Shown here piece by piece: positions 58,990 to 64,000 of a stretch of DNA of 64,000 bases. Where the stretch lies: assembly GCA_964423265.1 (NCBI GenBank), contig CAYREF010000002.1, positions 16,704 through 80,703 of the forward strand. The letters are read 5' to 3'. The position numbers and the translations under genes were made by a program. The stretch comes from an uncultured Actinomycetota bacterium (lineage in GTDB: Bacteria > Actinomycetota > Humimicrobiia > Humimicrobiales > Humimicrobiaceae). The notes below the pieces were generated by a model, which worked only from the letters and a program-made list of their open reading frames with translations, was not told the origin of the DNA and made no database searches. Position 1 is the stretch's first letter; the number at the start of each line of letters is the position of its first letter.

Positions 58990-60201
58990 ATGAAAAACTA
59001 TGATGATGAAAGCAGCGGATTGAAATCCTTTTTTATAAAGGGAATTATAATAATAGCAGTTGCTATTATTTTCTTAATTATTGGCGGGATGTTTACTTTG
59101 GGAATAATATCTGTATCAACTAATATTTCGCCAAAAGATTTACTCCAAGGAAAGATAACAAGCAAGGAAACAGCTAAAGAAGCAGAGGAGCAAGAAAAAG
59201 AGGTAAAACCAACCCCGGAGGAAGCAGAAGAAGAAATGCCCGGGCTTACAGAAGAAAAAGTAGGCGATGTTCCTTCACTTAAAGCTTTTGATGAGGCAGT
59301 TAGCCAAATTGCTAAAAAAGTTACTCCGTCCGTGGTAAATATCAGGGTAAAAGTAAAACAGGAAGATATATTTGGAAACCAGTTTTACTCAGAGGGTGTA
59401 GGCTCCGGGGTAATTTATACAGATGACGGCTATATAATTACTAATAACCATGTAGCAGGCCAGGCTGAAGAATTACTGGTTCAACTATCAGACGGTTCAG
59501 AATATAATGCTGAGCTTGCAGGAGCAGATGCAAACACCGATGTGGCAGTTATAAAGATTGATGCCCAGAATCTTCCGGAAGCGGAATTTACATCCATAGA
59601 AAACGTAGATGTGGGAGATACAGCTATTGCTATAGGCAGCCCTTTCGGGCTTGAACAGACTGTTACCCTGGGAGTTGTTAGCGCCAAGGGAAGGGATATA
59701 GATCTAGCCACAGATAAACTACCCATGGTAGATTTATTGCAAACCGATGCGGCTATTAACCAGGGAAACAGTGGAGGGCCTCTGGTTAATTCAGCTGGCC
59801 AAGTAATAGGCATAAATACAATGATACTGTCCCCATCTGGCACAAGCTCTGGCATAGGTTTTGCTATCCCCAGCAATACTGCAATAAATATTACAAAACA
59901 AATTATAAAATATGGGGAAGTCAGGATACCTTTTATGGGAATAGAGATGGGACACAACCCTACAGAGATTCTGGGAGTTTATATCAATAGTGTAATGGAT
60001 GGTTATCCAGCAGAAAAAGCTGGAATAAAAAGCGGGGATATTATTACAAAATTTGACGGGGTCAGGATTAAAACTCCTTATGAATTACTAGCACAAATCA
60101 TAAGGCATAATGTCGGAGATGTAGTAGATTTAGAGATATATAGAAATGGGGAATATATGAATATAGAATTGGAATTGGTAAAGGCACCTGAAGGGCAATA
60201 A
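58990..60201 (+). CDS. htrA: HtrA/DegP-family serine protease with N-terminal TM anchor and one PDZ domain
   Basis: Catalytic triad regions TNNHVAG (His), DVAVIKI (Asp) and GNSGGPLVN (Ser), followed by a C-terminal PDZ domain. Confidence 0.85.
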   Translation: MKNYDDESSGLKSFFIKGIIIIAVAIIFLIIGGMFTLGIISVSTNISPKDLLQGKITSKETAKEAEEQEKEVKPTPEEAEEEMPGLTEEKVGDVPSLKAFDEAVSQIAKKVTPSVVNIRVKVKQEDIFGNQFYSEGVGSGVIYTDDGYIITNNHVAGQAEELLVQLSDGSEYNAELAGADANTDVAVIKIDAQNLPEAEFTSIENVDVGDTAIAIGSPFGLEQTVTLGVVSAKGRDIDLATDKLPMVDLLQTDAAINQGNSGGPLVNSAGQVIGINTMILSPSGTSSGIGFAIPSNTAINITKQIIKYGEVRIPFMGIEMGHNPTEILGVYINSVMDGYPAEKAGIKSGDIITKFDGVRIKTPYELLAQIIRHNVGDVVDLEIYRNGEYMNIELELVKAPEGQ

Positions 60202-60202
60202 G

Positions 60203-60778
60203 TTGAAAGAAAATAAAAAAAAGGGAAAAGATAACGACAAGATACTAGTTAAAAAAACTCAGGAAGACGATAGGGCTTCTTTTGAAAAATTAGTTAAGAA
60301 GTATTCCAATTATGTATACACTACTGCTTTTTTTATGCTCAGGAATTCACATGATGCAGAAGATATAAGCCAGGAAGTGTTTGTAAAAGTTTATCTTTCA
60401 ATAAAGGGCTTCAGAGGTCTTTCAAGCTTTAAAACCTGGCTTAGAAAGCTAACTGTTAATACCTGTATTGATAAAATTAGGCTAAAATCTAAAACAAAAG
60501 GCAAAAAATTTAGTCTAGATAAGATGACAGAAGATTATGAGGTTGTCTTTGAAAGGTATGCAAAGGGTATAGAGAAAGATTACTTTACCACAGAAAAGGT
60601 AAAGAAAGTCCTGGAAATAATAGTAGATCTTGATGAAAATTACCGTATTCCTTTAATATTAAGAGATCTCCAGGACTATAGCTATAGGGAAATAGCTAAA
60701 TTGACTAAAAAGCCGATAGGAACAGTAAAAACTAATATTTACAGAGCCAGAAAAATAATAAAGGAAAAATTAAAATAA
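60203..60778 (+). CDS. ECF-type RNA polymerase sigma-70 factor
   Basis: Sigma-70 region 2 (FEKLVKKYSNYVYTTAFFMLRNSHDAEDISQEVFVKVY) and region 4 (YREIAKLTKKPIGTVKTNIYRARKIIKEKL). Confidence 0.8.
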   Translation: MKENKKKGKDNDKILVKKTQEDDRASFEKLVKKYSNYVYTTAFFMLRNSHDAEDISQEVFVKVYLSIKGFRGLSSFKTWLRKLTVNTCIDKIRLKSKTKGKKFSLDKMTEDYEVVFERYAKGIEKDYFTTEKVKKVLEIIVDLDENYRIPLILRDLQDYSYREIAKLTKKPIGTVKTNIYRARKIIKEKLK

Positions 60779-60791
60779 TATTGGAGTCAAG

Positions 60792-61106
60792 ATGGATAGA
60801 GTTAACAAATACATAAAACTGGCTAAAAATATTTTAATAAAACCGGTAGACGAGGATGTTGAGGATAAAATAATTGACAGGATTTCCAATATTGATGAGT
60901 CAGATAAAGTTTTGTTAGATGAAGAATTTCTGGAATATTTAAAGAAGAATAATTCCAGGCTTTATTTGATGGCAGAAAAGATAAAGAATAATCCTCTCCA
61001 ATTTACCCTTGTTCTGATTTTCTTTTTGTTTTTAATGTTTTTACTGGGAAATGCAGTAAAGAAATTTTGCTTATCTTCTCCTGAAGATAAAAGCCAAGAA
61101 AAATAG
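60792..61106 (+). CDS. Putative membrane-anchored anti-sigma factor (tentative)
   Basis: 104 aa with a single C-terminal TM helix, immediately downstream of the ECF sigma gene (13-nt gap). No zinc-binding HxxxCxxC motif. Confidence 0.35.
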   Translation: MDRVNKYIKLAKNILIKPVDEDVEDKIIDRISNIDESDKVLLDEEFLEYLKKNNSRLYLMAEKIKNNPLQFTLVLIFFLFLMFLLGNAVKKFCLSSPEDKSQEK

Positions 61107-61376
61107 GAATAATATAATAATCCAGAAGTATGGATTTGTAAGCAGCTCCCTTATGGGTTCATAAGTTATGTCTTTAAACCAGTTCTGGAGCAAGCCTTCC
61201 AGCCACAGGTAAAATTTATTAAAAAGTCTTTCTATATTCTCTGCTGAAAAAAAATTCTTAATTAAATCCATGTAAAAAATTTAAATTAATTGTAAAAATA
61301 TTTTAAGCTTTATTATAAAATATTATTATAATTTTTATCAAATTTGAAGGAGGAAATCTAGAAAGGGAGGTAGCTA

Positions 61377-62750
61377 TTGAGTTACTTTAAGCTCAAAGAA
61401 AGAAATAGCAACGTCAGGACTGAAATTATTGCAGGGATTACTACGTTTATGACCATGGCCTACATAATTTTCGTAAACCCTGCAATACTTTCCGCAGGGG
61501 GAGAAACTGGTGTTCCCTTCGAAGCTGTAGTTGTGGCTACTTGTTTGGGTGCCGGGCTCATGAGCATGCTAATGGGCCTTTTTACCAATACCCCATTTGC
61601 CCTTGCTTCAGGAATGGGCATAAATGCAGTAGTAGTATTTACCATTATTTTTGGTTTGGGCTTAAGCTACCAACAGGCTATGGGTATTATTGTAATTGAA
61701 GGTATCCTGGTAACCATAATGGTTCTAACTGGGATAAGAAGGATGATAATGGATGCCATACCCATGGACCTGAAGCTAGCTATAGGGGTTGGAATTGGTC
61801 TGTTTATAGCATTTATAGGCTCCCAGCAAGCAGGATTTGTAGATCCTGACCCAGCAACTCTTGTTAAGCTTGGCGATTTTACTGCTGATTATACCTTGCT
61901 TGCCACCTTTGGGCTGGTACTCACCGCAGTGCTGGTTGCATTCAGGATTAGGGGCGGCATACTACTGGGAATTCTTGGCACCACTGTAGCGGGAATGATA
62001 TTTAGGGTGGTACCGCTGCCAGACCAAATATTCAGGATACCTACCAGGGAAAGTTTTTCAACCTTTTTTAATGCAGACCTGGTGGGAGCAGTTTGGAGTA
62101 ATGGAATGCTAAATATTGCTGCGCTGGTGATGATTTTTGCCTTGTTTATGACTGACTTTTTTGACACCATGGGTACAGTTATCGGTGTTGGTGGAGAAGC
62201 AGGGCTGTTGGATAAAAAGGGAAATTTAACTAACTTAAAGAAAGTCCTGCTGGTAGATTCATTAGCTGCAGTGGCAGGAGGCTTGTTTGGGGCAAGCTCA
62301 ATAACCACTTATATTGAAAGTGCTTCCGGGGTATCTGATGGCGGGAGGACTGGTATCATGCCCACAGTTACTGGATTTCTGTTTTTAATATCAATATTTT
62401 TTGCCCCACTTATTGCAGTAGTAGGTGGAGGTATAGAAGTAAATGGGGCTTTCAAATACCCGGTAACTGCACCTGCTTTAATTGTGGTTGGGTTTTTAAT
62501 GATGCAAGTAATCTCGAGGATTGATTTTAAAAATTTTGAAGTAGGAATACCTGCATTCTTGACCATAATTATTATGCCCTTTACCTATAGTATTTCATAT
62601 GGGATTGGCTTTGGTTTTATAAGCTATACCTTGATAAAGTTATTCCGGGGAAAATTTAAGGATCTCCACCCATTGATGATTATAGTTAGCATCTTGTTTG
62701 CCGTTGCTTTTATTGCGGAAGGCATTGCAAAAGGTGTTGCTGGAAGTTAA
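61377..62750 (+). CDS. NCS2-family purine permease (AzgA/PbuG-type adenine/guanine/hypoxanthine permease)
   Basis: N-terminus RTEIIAGITTFMTMAYIIFVNPAILS is typical of the AzgA-like family. 457 aa. TTG start preceded by GAAAGGGAGG. Confidence 0.75.
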   Translation: MSYFKLKERNSNVRTEIIAGITTFMTMAYIIFVNPAILSAGGETGVPFEAVVVATCLGAGLMSMLMGLFTNTPFALASGMGINAVVVFTIIFGLGLSYQQAMGIIVIEGILVTIMVLTGIRRMIMDAIPMDLKLAIGVGIGLFIAFIGSQQAGFVDPDPATLVKLGDFTADYTLLATFGLVLTAVLVAFRIRGGILLGILGTTVAGMIFRVVPLPDQIFRIPTRESFSTFFNADLVGAVWSNGMLNIAALVMIFALFMTDFFDTMGTVIGVGGEAGLLDKKGNLTNLKKVLLVDSLAAVAGGLFGASSITTYIESASGVSDGGRTGIMPTVTGFLFLISIFFAPLIAVVGGGIEVNGAFKYPVTAPALIVVGFLMMQVISRIDFKNFEVGIPAFLTIIIMPFTYSISYGIGFGFISYTLIKLFRGKFKDLHPLMIIVSILFAVAFIAEGIAKGVAGS

Positions 62751-62807
62751 TCTATTTAGGAATTAAATATTTAGGGCAAGGTTTTACCTTGCCCTATCTG
62801 CATAACC

Positions 62808-63416
62808 ATGAAAGATATAAAACTTATCATATTTGATATAGGAAATGTAATAATAGGTTTTGACCATATGATTGCCTGCAATAAATTGGCCAAGGTTTCA
62901 GATTACAATGCAGGCGAGATTTATAATCTAATATTTGGGAATACTCTAGTCGATAAATTTGAAAGAGGAAAGCTATGCCCCAAATATTTTTACCAAAAAA
63001 TATGTGAAAAACTTAATACAGATATCAAATTCAGCCAATTTTATAATATATGGGGGGACATTTTTTACCTTAATGAAGACATTGATAAGATAATATTGAA
63101 TTTAAAAAAACAGGTTAAAATCTTTGCCCTGTCTAATACCGACCCTTTGCATTTTAAATTTTTTAGAAATAAATTTGATATATTTAATAATATAGAGAAA
63201 TTTATTCTCTCTTTTGAAGTGGGTTACAAAAAACCCGAAAAAAGAATATATAAGGAAACATTAGGTTATGCAAAATTGCCTGCAGAAAAAACATTATTAA
63301 TAGATGACCTAAAACAAAATATCGGCGCCTTTAGAGCAATGGGGGGCAATGGAATAATATTTAAAAATACTAGCAGTTTAAAAAGAGAGCTGAAAAAATA
63401 CAATATAAATCCTTAG
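62808..63416 (+). CDS. HAD-superfamily hydrolase (subfamily IA-like) with non-canonical motif I
   Basis: IIFDIGNVI (D-x-G in place of D-x-D), LSNTD (motif II), K...LLIDDL (motifs III/IV). Confidence 0.55.
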   Translation: MKDIKLIIFDIGNVIIGFDHMIACNKLAKVSDYNAGEIYNLIFGNTLVDKFERGKLCPKYFYQKICEKLNTDIKFSQFYNIWGDIFYLNEDIDKIILNLKKQVKIFALSNTDPLHFKFFRNKFDIFNNIEKFILSFEVGYKKPEKRIYKETLGYAKLPAEKTLLIDDLKQNIGAFRAMGGNGIIFKNTSSLKRELKKYNINP

Positions 63417-63418
63417 AT

Positions 63419-64000
63419 ATGAAAAAAAATGAATTAAAAAAAGGTGAAAAAGCTTCAGTAATTGTTTCTGTAGTAATATTTTTATTGGCACTTTCCAAAG
63501 GCATAGCAGGATACCTCTCGGGTAGCTCAGCATTAATTGGTGATGCAATACATAGCGGAGTTGATTTGGTAGTTATGTTTGCTTCCTGGGTGGGGTTAAG
63601 GATTTCACAAAGGGAACCAACTGAAAAGTTTCCCTACGGATTCTACAAAGCTGAATCCCTGGCTACCCTTTTCATATCGTTTGTTATACTTTATGCTTCC
63701 TATGAACTGATAAAGGAGGGATACTCCAGGCTTTTTTCTGTATCCAGGATAAATATGCCGGTTTTGGCTTTAGTAGTAGTTTTTTTAGCTGCAGTTATAA
63801 CTGTTTTTACTTCAAGGTATCTTGCTAAAATTTCAAGAGAAATAAATTCAGAATCCCTTATGGTCACTTCCAGGGAGCAGCTGATGGATGCCTTTACCTC
63901 GGTAGGGGTATTTATAGCAGTGTTTCTAAGCTATTTACAAATAAGATATGTTGAAGGAATAGCCACTATTGTAATTGCCTTATTAATTTTGCGGATAGGC
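63419..64000 (+). CDS. Cation diffusion facilitator family transporter (partial, continues beyond window)
   Basis: SALIGDAIHSGVDLVVMFASWVGL and FPYGFYKAESLATL are CDF (CzcD-like) TM2/TM3 signatures. Confidence 0.75.
   Translation, partial: MKKNELKKGEKASVIVSVVIFLLALSKGIAGYLSGSSALIGDAIHSGVDLVVMFASWVGLRISQREPTEKFPYGFYKAESLATLFISFVILYASYELIKEGYSRLFSVSRINMPVLALVVVFLAAVITVFTSRYLAKISREINSESLMVTSREQLMDAFTSVGVFIAVFLSYLQIRYVEGIATIVIALLILRIG

Noticed and set aside
63515-63535. ggtagctcag-like string reminiscent of a tRNA D-arm
   Set aside because: It lies inside the CDF transporter coding sequence (LSGSSALIGD) with no acceptor or T-arm context. No tRNA genes were recognised anywhere in the window.
1-64000. 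CRISPR arrays, IS elements, integrases or prophage genes
   Set aside because: No regularly spaced direct repeats, transposase or integrase-like ORFs, or terminal inverted repeats were seen. The window looks like conserved core chromosome.

Overview
This 64-kb window is the chromosomal replication-origin region of a low-GC, AT-rich, probably anaerobic bacterium. Genes are tightly packed and many use TTG or GTG starts; no tRNA, rRNA or CRISPR array was seen. The minus strand carries a long origin-proximal block rpmH-rnpA-yidD-yidC-jag-mnmE-mnmG-mnmG(paralog)-rsmG-parA-parB, continuing without a break into lipA, a hypothetical gene and a GIY-YIG gene. The plus strand carries dnaA-dnaN followed by a panG-like gene and panBCD. 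Other contents: a complex-I-like module (NuoA-like, B, fused CD, H, I and a partial J-like gene, with no hydrogenase Ni-Fe cysteines); larC and larE; cysteine desulfurase plus a DUF59 protein; nadE; a nitrogen block amtB-glnK-glnA preceded by an OmpR-family regulator with a degenerate receiver domain; a Cys-type formate dehydrogenase alpha subunit with a NuoG-like N-terminus; corA; an araB-araD-rhaA sugar-isomerase cluster with a FucI-like and a PMI-like isomerase; and an htrA, ECF sigma factor and candidate anti-sigma factor triplet. The observations I rate highest are these. (1) A GHKL-ATPase fused to a winged helix occupies the rpmH-dnaA slot. (2) A TGTTAATAAC repeat family marks both origin-flanking intergenic regions and may be a lineage-specific DnaA box. 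(3) Two tandem full-length mnmG paralogs are each preceded by the same 16-bp perfect palindrome, TGTTTCACGTGAAACA. (4) nadE and rnpA both lack a canonical start codon in frame with their conserved N-termini; each has a Shine-Dalgarno sequence followed by ATT.
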